17,566 nt of DNA from contig JALUTT010000019.1 of assembly GCA_027021705.1 (NCBI GenBank), positions 1 through 17,566 on the forward strand, read 5' to 3'. Each line of letters begins with the position of its first letter. Positions within the stretch are counted from its first letter, which is position 1. The notes beneath the pieces were generated by a model, which made no database searches, had not been told where the DNA came from, and worked only from the letters and a program-made list of their open reading frames with translations. This document shows, piece after piece, positions 8,481-17,330 of this stretch. Source of the DNA: Anaerolineae bacterium (lineage in GTDB: Bacteria > Chloroflexota > Anaerolineae > S140-20). Made by a program: the position numbers and the translations under genes.

Positions 8481-8602
8481 GTAACTGTTCACCCTCCCGC
8501 AGGTTAGGCGCGTTTCCGACGCGAAACCGTGCTTCCAATAGCCCATCGGGGCTGAAAGCGTCCTCGACCGGTGACCTGCGGGAGGGTAGGCTGAATAGAT
8601 AC
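8481..8602. mobile_element. 122-bp MITE-like element with terminal inverted repeats and an 8-bp target-site duplication
   Basis: Termini GTAACTGTTCA (8481-8491) and the reverse complement of 8592-8602, GTATCTATTCA, match 9/11. A perfect 14-bp subterminal IR ACCCTCCCGCAGGT lies at 8491-8504 / 8574-8587. Flanks are TGGCCTCC (8473-8480) and CGGCCTCC (8603-8610). Confidence 0.75.
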
Positions 8603-8619
8603 CGGCCTCCAGGGAAAGC

Positions 8620-9699
8620 TCACTGCGCCTCCTGGGAGAGCCCTCCGGCCTGCACCAGCAACTCGGCGTTGAGGATTGCCCCGCCGGCCGCACCCCGCAG
8701 CGTGTTGTGGACGAGGGAGACGAGCCGGATGTGCAGCAGGGGACAGCGGCGTATCCGCCCTACGGTGACTGCCATCCCCCCCTCGGCGTCCCGGTCCCGC
8801 CGGGGCTGCGGACGGTCGGGCTCCTGGCGGACGATGAGGAGCCGTTGCGGCGCGCTGGGCAGCGCTGCGACCTCCGACGAAGGACGGTAGTCCCGCAGGA
8901 CCTCGGCCACCGCCTCGGGCGTCGGTTCTGTGGCAAACCCAATGGACAGGGCGGCCAGGTGGCCGTCGAAGACCGGCACCCGGTGGACCTGGGCGCTGAG
9001 GGTGATGGGGGCTTCCTCCACGCGGTCGCCCACGACCCGCCCCAGCAGTTTGCGGGGCTCCTGCTCCAGCTTGTCCTCCTCCCCTGCGATGTAGGGGATG
9101 ACGTTGTCCAGGATTTCCAGTGAGGGGACGCCGGGGTAGCCGGCCCCGGAGACCGCTTGGAGGGTGACGATCTGGACCTGGCGCACCCCGAAGGCTTCGT
9201 GGAGCGGCTTCAGGGGGAGGACAACGCCGGTGGTGGAGCAGTTGGGGCTGGTGACGATGAAGCCGGGCCAGCCCCGCCGCTGTTGCTGGTGGGGGATGAG
9301 GGCCAGGTGGTCGGCGTTGACCTCCGGGATGAGGAGGGGCACGTCGGGGTCCAGCCGGTGGGCGGAGGCGTTGGAGCAGACGGCGTAGCCGGCGGCGGCC
9401 AGGGCTGGCTCCACCTCCCGGGCCACGCCCGAGGGGAGGGCGGAGAAGAGGAGCCGCGCGTTGGGCGCAGCAGCGGCCAGGGCCTCCGGCGTCGAGGGCA
9501 GGACGGTCATCTCCCGCACCGCCTCCGGCATCTCCCCCGGCACGACCCAGCGGCAGGCTCTTCCGTAGGGCTGCCCCGCCGAGCGCTCCGAGCCGGTCAG
9601 CGCGGCGATGTGGAACCAGGGATGGTCGGCCAGGAGCTGGACGAAGCGCTGGCCCACCGCGCCGGTGGCCCCTAGGATGGCAACGGGGATGTGAGGCAT
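8620..9699 (-). CDS. asd: Aspartate-semialdehyde dehydrogenase (archaeal/fungal-like clade)
   Basis: ILGATGAVGQRF NAD-binding motif, SNAS, PEVN, catalytic PNCST, QAVSGAG, RVPVFDGH and HNTLRGAAG. ATG at 9699 has an AGGAG RBS. Confidence 0.95.
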   Translation of the reverse strand: MPHIPVAILGATGAVGQRFVQLLADHPWFHIAALTGSERSAGQPYGRACRWVVPGEMPEAVREMTVLPSTPEALAAAAPNARLLFSALPSGVAREVEPALAAAGYAVCSNASAHRLDPDVPLLIPEVNADHLALIPHQQQRRGWPGFIVTSPNCSTTGVVLPLKPLHEAFGVRQVQIVTLQAVSGAGYPGVPSLEILDNVIPYIAGEEDKLEQEPRKLLGRVVGDRVEEAPITLSAQVHRVPVFDGHLAALSIGFATEPTPEAVAEVLRDYRPSSEVAALPSAPQRLLIVRQEPDRPQPRRDRDAEGGMAVTVGRIRRCPLLHIRLVSLVHNTLRGAAGGAILNAELLVQAGGLSQEAQ

Positions 9700-9768
9700 A
9701 GACTTCTCCTTAGCTACCCTTGTCCGGCAGAGGGGCCGTCTGATCCTCAAAGTGTGGGACGTTGGCCA

Positions 9769-12700
9769 TCATACTGCGGTAGGAATCTGCCACCGGGTCA
9801 CGATCTTCTGGCCATCGTGCATCCACACCAGCACCGCCTGAGGCAGCGGCCTCGGCGTCCGGTAGTACCAGACCCCTTGCCTGGGAAAAGCGACCCGACG
9901 CATCGGGTTATCGTCCGGGTGGTCTAGGATAGAGACAAAGGCGATCTGGGGAGAGATCCCCTCGAAGCGGTACCCTTTCCCCACCAGTCTCTCCCGCCAG
10001 CTTTCATCCACGCCGTAGAGGTCGAAAGCCTCTTCCTCAAGCCAGGCCTCGTGCTGGACGACCTGCATCCACCGTAACATCACTGTTTCACGCTCTTTCT
10101 CCAGACGGCCTAGTGGTTTGTCAACTGAGATTTTGGTGGGCGCGAAACAGCCTTATAGGGAGGTGCTCACACCCACAAATTCGGGGTTGACGGTCCACTA
10201 GGAAGCGGACTACCTCTCCGGGAGAGCGAGGGAGAAGGACATGGTGGGGGATCTGGGCTATTGGATACTGCCGCAGTTCATCACGGTTGGTTTCCAGGTA
10301 GAGGCGCAGGTATCGTAAGACGTCGGGAACTTCGCTTTCAATGTAGGAGAACGGTTGTTTGCGCAGGATGAGCCGCCGGCCTTCAATCTCAGACATCGTC
10401 GGAGGCCCGCCTATGTGCCAGGAGACGAAGCTTCCGGCGATGAACAGGTCTCCGTAAGGGATGTTCCAGAGATCGAGGAAGGGCCGTGGGTTGAGCACGA
10501 TGTCCTCTTCGCTGATGCGGTGCCCCTGTTCACGCCATTGGTGCAAGTCCTCTCGGGCGGCGACGATCTCGTCCACCACCTGAGCAATCTGGGCCTGGGC
10601 ATCGGCATCGGCGGGCGCGATGGGGTACTGCCTCAAGTTATCGGGGTAGAAGTCAATTCGGCCCTTGGCAATCTTCTGGAAGATGTAGCGAGATAGCCAA
10701 CGGCAGTTGAGCAGAGCGACCAGGTACCTCAGGTCATAGTCGGGGGAGTGCTGAGCAGCCCGCACCAGGGCCTCACGCACAGCCTGACGGTCTAGGGTGC
10801 GGTTGTGAACTTCGAGCAGCCGGTGGGCTGGAACGGCACAGATGACGGTTGCATCGCAGTATAGCTCCCCTTGAGCATCGTAGTACGCCTTCAGGGAACC
10901 CCGGTGAGGACGCCGTGCAACCAGCAGTTTCTCGTTCTCGAAGAGCTCGGGGAACTTCTTGCGCCGGAGTTGGCCGGGTACACGAACCGTCCCCCATTCC
11001 AGCCATCGTATCCGAAGGACCTGGAAACGATCCAGGTCTTTGCCCTGAACGAACTTCTTGGGGTGCTTGGAGTCTGGGGTATCGGCCAGCAGGTCTTCCG
11101 TCACGAAAAGCTTGCGGCGTCTCCCCGCTTCGTCCCTCGGATCCAGGTCCTCGTGCGATACAGGAGCAAGGCCATAGCTGATGTAACAGAGGTCGCCCAA
11201 GGTCGGGTAGCCTGCGAAGTCAAGCTCCTCTTCCCCCTTGAACTCAGGGCGGAAAATCCTCTCGCCCCATCGGCGTTGGGAGAGGGCAGGGAGGCGCTTA
11301 ATGTCCATCTCCCGCAACCGCGCATCCACGATTTTGAAGCGTTGCACCCGATGCCCCTTTGGAGGGGCGCCTTGCCGGACCGCGTAAATCAGGTTGTACA
11401 CCTGAGCTTCGGCGAAGAATTTGATCCCAGGAGCGAAGGTGAGACTTTCGATGGTGGTTTTCTCCAAGATCTGTTGTCGGGAGAGGTGGGCGTAGGCTTC
11501 CGTCTGGTAGGCATCGGAGACGATGAAACTGTGGCGTCCCCCATCGGCCAGTAGGTCCAAGGCGAGCTCGATGAAAGGGATGTACAGGTCCCACTTCTTG
11601 TGGAGCGTCTTGTAGCGCCCGCTGGCTTGAATTTGCTCCCGCAGAGGGGCCACACTGGGATGGTCGGCCCGCACGTAAGGCGGGTTGCCCACGATCCAAT
11701 CGAACCCCCGGCGGAAGTCCAGCCGGAGTGCAGGATTGTACCCACGCCGCTTGATGAGCTCGGCCACTTCCGTTTCATAAGCCAGCCCGTTGTCCGGCCC
11801 AACCAACGGACGAATCTCCTGCGCCCGGGGGAGTAGGGCGTTCGTTGCATAGATGTGGAAACGTTCCACGGTGAAGTGGTCCCCCTCGCGCACCAGGTCC
11901 AGCACCTGCACCAGCAGATTCACCTCGGCCAGAAAACAGGCAAAGCGGTTGACGTCCAGCCCAAAGAGGCTATCGCGCACGTATTCGTTCACCAGCGTCT
12001 TAGGCTCTAGGTCCGGGTACTTTTGGCGTAGGGCCTTGATCAGCCGGCGGGCAGCTTCCACGAGAAACCGACCGCTGCCACAAGCGGGGTCCAAGAGTCG
12101 CCGACCGATGGTGGCCTCTCCCTGATACCCCACCCGATCTAGAATGTAGTTGACTACCTGGGGAGGGGTGTAAAACTGGCCCTTCCGCTTGCGCTCCAGC
12201 TCATCCACGTACTGTTCGTAGATGTGTCCGATAAGGTCCGCGCTCACCTGGCTGAAGTCGAAGCGATTCAACAGGTGGAAGAGGCGCACGATCGCCTCCT
12301 CTTCCCACACGTACCAGTCGAAGATGTCCCGGCTGAAAAAGTGTCCGTAGATGTGGCTGGTGTCCCTGTAGGCGAGGTCCAACAGTGTGCGGTTGGCCTC
12401 GGCCAGATAGGTGAAGAATTGGCGGCTGAAGTGAAGGTAGTCTCTGTACCCCCCATCAGAGATCTTCTGGGTGATCAGCCCTTTGTCCTCACAGATACGG
12501 ATGAGCAGGACACGGGTGACGAAGATGTAGACTGTCTGAAGGCAGAACTCGACCTCGTAGTCCTCGGCCATCGGCCCTGTCTCGTCCTGCCATTGGGCAA
12601 AGTTCTCCACAATCACCCGACTAGGGCGCAGCTTCACCGCTTGTCGGGCACGCCAACGGGCGTAGTCCACGAGAGCCCGGTAGAAGGAGCGCAGCCGGTT

Positions 12701-13660
12701 CTGGAGGTTGACGTGGTTTGCTCCTTGGACGTACCGGTCCAACCCGGATCGGCGTAGAAAAGCGCTCACGAAAGCGGGCTCTTCGATAGCCGTCCACTGT
12801 TCGGTGAAGTCTTCCAAATAGCGCTCCAGGGCCGGACGGTTGACGGTCACCCGGGTCTGCTTCTCAAATGTTTCGAGCCATGTCCACAGTTTGGCTTGCT
12901 CTGCCTCGACCACCGCGCGCCGCTGGGCTTCCTCGGCCTGGAAGGCCCGGTAGAGGGCTTGATGACTGCGAAAACGGAGGAGCACGAGCCGGTGCAGGCG
13001 ATGGATCTCCCGCTTAAGCCCCTCGATGAGGAGGGCTTCGTTTTGGGGATTGTCCGGCGAGAGAGAGAGCCCCGGCTCGGTAGTTTCGGCAATCTCTCGC
13101 TTAAACCGCTCGGTATCCAGGAAAGCTCCCTTGCGGAGAAGGTCGAAGAAGGCCAGGAGGGCCAGACGTTCGTCTTCCGTTGGCGGTCGTGGTGCGTTGG
13201 GGGCGAAGGCGGGCAAGGAGAAGGAGTGGACCCAGTGGAGCCTGTCCCCTGCCCAGGTGTAGACACGGACCTCCTGCCCGTTGGTCAGAACACCGTAGCG
13301 AGCGCTCACGGCGAGCAGATAACGGGCCAGTTGGTCCTCGTAGCGCGTTAGGTCTGCCTCCTGGGTACGCTTCAGCTCCCACAGCATTGCCGGAAGATCG
13401 TTGGCCCTGACCAGGATGTCAATGGCACCCTCCTTCACACGGTGTTCCGGGTCCAGATCGGTCTGGGGATCGTATCCTAACGCCTCCAGGAGGGGTTCGA
13501 CGATCTTGAGACGCACGACAGCTTCATCCGAGGCCGTGGGATGAGCGTTGAGGTAGGCCAAGTACGTCTGGCCGTGGTGTCGGAATCGGGCCAGGATTTG
13601 GCGCACCGCATCCCAGGGGGTGCTCTCTTGACCTTCCAGGAGGAGAATTTGCCTCATCAT
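9769..13660 (-). pseudogene. Type IIG-like fused restriction endonuclease / N6-adenine methyltransferase / TRD gene, interrupted near its 3' end by a MITE (currently 1179 aa; 1267 aa when reconstructed)
   Basis: N-terminal HsdR_N-like PD-(D/E)xK nuclease (LLEALGY...IDIL...WELK...QLARY...LTNG). MTase motifs GQFYTP, LDPACGSGRFL and VGNPPY, followed by a TaqI_C-like TRD. The segment 10110-9769 continues the frame once 88 bp are removed and contains the typical terminal EEEAFDLYGVDE helix. Confidence 0.88.
10113..10198. mobile_element. 86-bp MITE with TA duplication in a CTAG target (IS630/Tc1-like ends)
   Basis: TA at 10111-10112 and at 10199-10200. Ends GTGGTTTGTCAAC and (reverse) GTGGACCGTCAAC match 10/13, and the imperfect IR extends over about 30 bp. 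Excision restores the RM reading frame. Confidence 0.88.
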
Positions 13661-15099
13661 CCTTCACCGGTCAGTTGGTGGAGCGCCCGGACCGCTTCGT
13701 CGGCCTCGTCGGCGGTGACGACCAGGGAGATGCTGCACTCGGAGGAGCCCTGGGCGATGGCGATGACGTTGATCCCCCGTTCCCCCAGGGCGCTGAAGAT
13801 GCGGGCCGCCACCCCCGGCGTCTGGCGCATCCCGGCCCCGACGACGGTGACGATGGCGACCTCCTCCTGGGCCCAGACCCGGTCAATGTCCCGCCGCAGC
13901 AACTCCAGCGCCATCTCCTCCTCGATGGCGGCCACGACGGGGGCGACGGCCGGTGTGGGGATGACGAAGCAGATGCTCTGTTCCGACGAAGCCTGGGAGA
14001 TCATCAGAACGCTGGTGCCGGTGCGGGCCACGGCGGCGAAGGTGCGGGCCGCCACCCCCGGCACCCCCATCATCCCCGTCCCTTCGACGGTGACCAGGCT
14101 CATCCCCCGGATGAGGGTGACTGCCTTGATGGTGCCCGGAACGGCCTCGGACGTTCGCACGATCAGCGTGCCGGGCCGGTCAGGGTAGAAGGTGTTCTTG
14201 ACCCGCAGGGGGATGCTGCGCTCGACGACGGGCCGGATCGTCTTGGGATGCAGCACTTTGGCCCCGAAGTAGGCCAGCTCCGCCACCTCGGTGTAGGAGA
14301 GGACGGGGATGGTGCGGGCCTCGGGGACAATGCGTGGGTCGGCGGTCATCACGCCGTCCACGTCGGTCCAGATCCAGACCTCGTCGGCCCCCAGGACGGC
14401 CCCCAGGATGGCAGCGCTGTAGTCGGAGCCGCCCCGCCCCAGAGTGGTGGTAATGCCCTCGACCGTGGCCCCGATGAAGCCGGTGACGATGGGAAGGATC
14501 CCCTGGTCCAGCAGCGGGGAGAGCCGCTGTTGGGCCCGCTCCCGGGTTTCGTCCAGCAAGGGGTTGGCCCCCTGGAAGTGGTCGTCGGTGACGATGACGC
14601 CGGTGGCGTCCACCGCTTCGGCCGGGGTCCCCTCCTGGCGCAGGCGGGCGGCCAGGATGCGGGCGCTGAGCTGCTCACCCAGGGAGGTGACAGCATCCAG
14701 GGCGCGGGGGGTGACCTCGCCCAGGATGTGCAGGCTGCGGCAGAATTCGTCGAAGCGGGCCAGGTAGTCGTCCACCGTGGCCAGGAGGTCGTGGCGCTCG
14801 CCCTCGGGGGCCAGCAGCCCGTCAATGGCGGCGTAGTGGCGAGCCCGCAGGTCGGTGATGAGACGACGGCAGTGCTGGTGATCACCGGTGATGGCCGTCA
14901 ACGCCCCCTGGGTCAGGGCGTCGGTCACGCCGCTCATCGCCGAGACGACGGTGACCAGCCGGGGCCATTGGGCGGCGGTGGCCCGGACGATCTCGGCGGT
15001 GCGCCGGATCGCTTCGGCGCTGCCCACCGAGGTGCCCCCGAACTTCATCACCAGCAGGTGCCGCTCCTCTTGCTCGGCCGGGGAGTCCTGGGCGGTCAT
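13657..15099 (-). CDS. lysC: Aspartate kinase with two C-terminal ACT domains
   Basis: VMKFGGTSV, VVSAMSGVTD, SLGE, TTLGRGGSDYSA, WTDVDGVMTADPR, YFGAKVLHP, and ACT repeats ISQASSE and IAQGSSE. ATG at 15099 overlaps the hom stop (ATGA) and has a GGAGGGG RBS. Confidence 0.93.
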   Translation of the reverse strand: MTAQDSPAEQEERHLLVMKFGGTSVGSAEAIRRTAEIVRATAAQWPRLVTVVSAMSGVTDALTQGALTAITGDHQHCRRLITDLRARHYAAIDGLLAPEGERHDLLATVDDYLARFDEFCRSLHILGEVTPRALDAVTSLGEQLSARILAARLRQEGTPAEAVDATGVIVTDDHFQGANPLLDETRERAQQRLSPLLDQGILPIVTGFIGATVEGITTTLGRGGSDYSAAILGAVLGADEVWIWTDVDGVMTADPRIVPEARTIPVLSYTEVAELAYFGAKVLHPKTIRPVVERSIPLRVKNTFYPDRPGTLIVRTSEAVPGTIKAVTLIRGMSLVTVEGTGMMGVPGVAARTFAAVARTGTSVLMISQASSEQSICFVIPTPAVAPVVAAIEEEMALELLRRDIDRVWAQEEVAIVTVVGAGMRQTPGVAARIFSALGERGINVIAIAQGSSECSISLVVTADEADEAVRALHQLTGEG

Positions 15100-16208
15100 C
15101 GGCACCCCTCCATCTCCAAGGCCAGGCTGATGATGTCGCTGAGGACACCGGCGGCGGTGACCTCGCCACCGGCTCCCTTGCCGACGATGGTGAGGGGGGA
15201 GACGGCGTAGCGGCTGGTGAAGAAGCTGACCAGGTTCTCCGGCCCCTGGAGGGTCCCTAGGGGGCTGGCCTGGGGCACGGCCCGCAGCCCCACCCGTCCG
15301 CCCCGCTCATCCACCTCGGCGATGTAGCGAAGCGTCCGCCCTTCCTTGTGGGCTGCCTCAACCCGTTGGGCGAACCGCTCGTCCTCTTGCGCGATGGCCT
15401 CCATAAAAGTCTCCACGGGGCAATCGGCCAGCGCAGAGGGGTAGAGGGGCTCAACTTCCAGATCGTCTAGCTCTAGCGGCCAACCGGCGATGCGCCCCAG
15501 GACCAGGAGCTTGCGGGCCACGTCCACCCCACCCAAATCTTCGCGGGGGTCGGGCTCCGTGTACCCCAGCTCCTGGGCCTGGCGCAGCGCAGTGGAGAAG
15601 GGGACCTCCAGCTGCAGTTGGCTGAAGATGTAGCCGACGGTCCCGCTGAGCACCCCTTCGATGGCCGTCACCCGGTCCCCGCTGTCCAGGAGTGTGCGCA
15701 GGGTGGCGATGACGGGCAGGCCCGCGCCGACGGCGGCCTCGCAGCGCAGACAGCGGGTTTCGAAGAAGGGACGGGCCTGGGGCCAGGGGCCGGCCAGAGG
15801 GCGCTTGTTGGCCAGCACGGCTCCCCATCCCTGCTCCAGGGCTTCGCGGATAACGGCCTCCATCCCTTCAGCGGCCGTCACATCCACCATAATGGTCAGC
15901 CGTTCGTTGAAGGCCGAGACAGCCTCGATGACCTCCTGATCCTCTTCCTTCGTCTGGGCACCCGGGTACTCGGCCAGAGGGCGCCCTTGGGCTTTGCCCT
16001 GGATGACTTCCCGGATGGCCTCGTCCCTAAGACCCTGGGGGGCCACGAGCAGCCCATCGCTGTCGGCCAGGGCGACGACGCGCAGGTAGAGGTTTGTCCG
16101 AGCGGCAATGGTGGATCGGGTGGCGACAATTTGGCTGAGCAAAGCCCGTCCCACCTGCCCCAGGCCAAAGACGACCACGTTTACCTCACGAAGTTCGGCC
16201 ATCGGCAT
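15096..16208 (-). CDS. hom: Homoserine dehydrogenase (monofunctional, no ACT domain)
   Basis: VFGLGQVG Rossmann motif, LANK, EAAVGAGLPVI, GVLSGT, GYTEPDPREDLGGVDVARK and GAGGEVTAAGV. An alternative start lies at 16202. Confidence 0.93.
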   Translation of the reverse strand: MPMAELREVNVVVFGLGQVGRALLSQIVATRSTIAARTNLYLRVVALADSDGLLVAPQGLRDEAIREVIQGKAQGRPLAEYPGAQTKEEDQEVIEAVSAFNERLTIMVDVTAAEGMEAVIREALEQGWGAVLANKRPLAGPWPQARPFFETRCLRCEAAVGAGLPVIATLRTLLDSGDRVTAIEGVLSGTVGYIFSQLQLEVPFSTALRQAQELGYTEPDPREDLGGVDVARKLLVLGRIAGWPLELDDLEVEPLYPSALADCPVETFMEAIAQEDERFAQRVEAAHKEGRTLRYIAEVDERGGRVGLRAVPQASPLGTLQGPENLVSFFTSRYAVSPLTIVGKGAGGEVTAAGVLSDIISLALEMEGCR

Positions 16209-16226
16209 CTATCCCCTTATGCGGTT

Positions 16227-17330
16227 TCAGATTGAGGCCCCTTCTGCGGCGGCCACGTAGGTCCGCAGGAAGGTCAGGTGGGCGGTGATCACCTGACCGA
16301 ATCCACTGCTTTCCTCGCGCTCCAGCATTGCGTACAGCGCTTTCAGGACCTGGTCGTGCATTCCCACGGTAAAGCCGTATCCCAGTTCCTGGACCAGGTC
16401 GAGGACGTTGCCGCGTACCTGCTCGTCCTTCTCTCGGGTTAGGGCGGCCAGCAGGGCCTGGAGCAAGGGTTTCATCCCCAGGCTGCGGACGAGGAAATCG
16501 GCCCCCCAGGTCACGTCGAAGGGGTGACGCTGGCGCAGCGTGTTGAGCAGTAGGTAGCTGTGGAGCCGCTGGTTCTCAATGTACGGGGCCAGGTGGTAGA
16601 CGGCGCTGACCAGCAGCATAGCGAGCCGCCGGGGGGATTCGCCCACCTGGGCGGCGACCTCCTCGGGTAGGGGCATCTGCTCGAAGATGAGCCCGCCCCG
16701 CCGGTAGGTCGGGATCACGTTGGGATCGTGCTCCAGCAGGTCCAGCAGGAAGGGCACCACCCCATCAGGACCGAGGACTTGGCTCAGCCGGCTCAGCAGG
16801 GAGACGATGGGAGTCTGTTCCACAGAAGCGGGGGGAGCTTCCACCCGGCCCAGCAGCCCGGACGGCTTCGGGGGAGAGGGGGTGTCCCGCTCAGGGTGGA
16901 AGCTGGCTGCGATGAGGCCAAACCCCTTCTCTCGGAGGAGGCTCACCTGCTGGGAGGGGAGGGGCTTGTAGGACAGCCGCTGCCGGGGCGGGGCGGAGGT
17001 GTCCCGCATTCCCCAGCCGGCCAAGGAGAAGTCGGGTTGCAGGGTGTCGGCACCGGGGACACCGATCTGGCGCAGGGCCTCCCAGGCCGACGGGAGCGCT
17101 TCGTGGGGCTGGAGCCAGTAGTAGGGAGTTCCATGGGTGCAGAGCCCAACCACCCGACCCTGCTGGAAACGGAGCAATCCCGCCCCTATGACGTGTTTCT
17201 CCTGTCCCAACCAGCTCAGGTAGAAGCTTCCCCGAATGCTGGGTTTGGGCTTCCATACCAGGTTGCCCTGGTCGTCCAACACGTACCAGAACTCTCCATC
17301 TTGGGGTTTGGTTTGAGGTAGGACAGCCAT
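16227..17330 (-). CDS. Hypothetical protein, 367 aa: small beta-rich N-terminal domain, Pro-rich linker, helical (HEAT-like) C-terminal region
   Basis: Long ORF co-oriented with hom, GAGGG RBS, a promoter directly upstream and an 18-bp gap to hom. No confident family assignment. Confidence 0.75.
   Translation of the reverse strand: MAVLPQTKPQDGEFWYVLDDQGNLVWKPKPSIRGSFYLSWLGQEKHVIGAGLLRFQQGRVVGLCTHGTPYYWLQPHEALPSAWEALRQIGVPGADTLQPDFSLAGWGMRDTSAPPRQRLSYKPLPSQQVSLLREKGFGLIAASFHPERDTPSPPKPSGLLGRVEAPPASVEQTPIVSLLSRLSQVLGPDGVVPFLLDLLEHDPNVIPTYRRGGLIFEQMPLPEEVAAQVGESPRRLAMLLVSAVYHLAPYIENQRLHSYLLLNTLRQRHPFDVTWGADFLVRSLGMKPLLQALLAALTREKDEQVRGNVLDLVQELGYGFTVGMHDQVLKALYAMLEREESSGFGQVITAHLTFLRTYVAAAEGASI

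Noticed and set aside
8467..8619. Known riboswitch or tRNA upstream of GDPD, and the ORF extension to 8538
   Set aside because: No recognisable aptamer or tRNA consensus. Terminal repeats plus a target duplication explain the structure better as a MITE.
9769..10083. Stand-alone 104-aa hypothetical gene
   Set aside because: It is in frame with the RM gene once the 88-bp insertion is removed. The nearest GGAG is about 15 nt from the GTG, so independent translation is poorly supported.
10121..10152. Programmed +1 frameshift or TGA recoding that would rejoin the RM halves without excision
   Set aside because: The downstream frame is open from 10152 (stop TAA at 10155-10153), so a +1 shift is geometrically possible. 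However, only an A4 run is present, with no recognisable slippery site. Simple TGA read-through would stay in the wrong frame.
1018..16971. Long plus-strand ORFs (e.g. 1018-2190, 4290-5909, 8015-8890, 13675-15210)
   Set aside because: They are antisense shadows of well-supported minus-strand genes in GC-rich DNA and carry no protein motifs.
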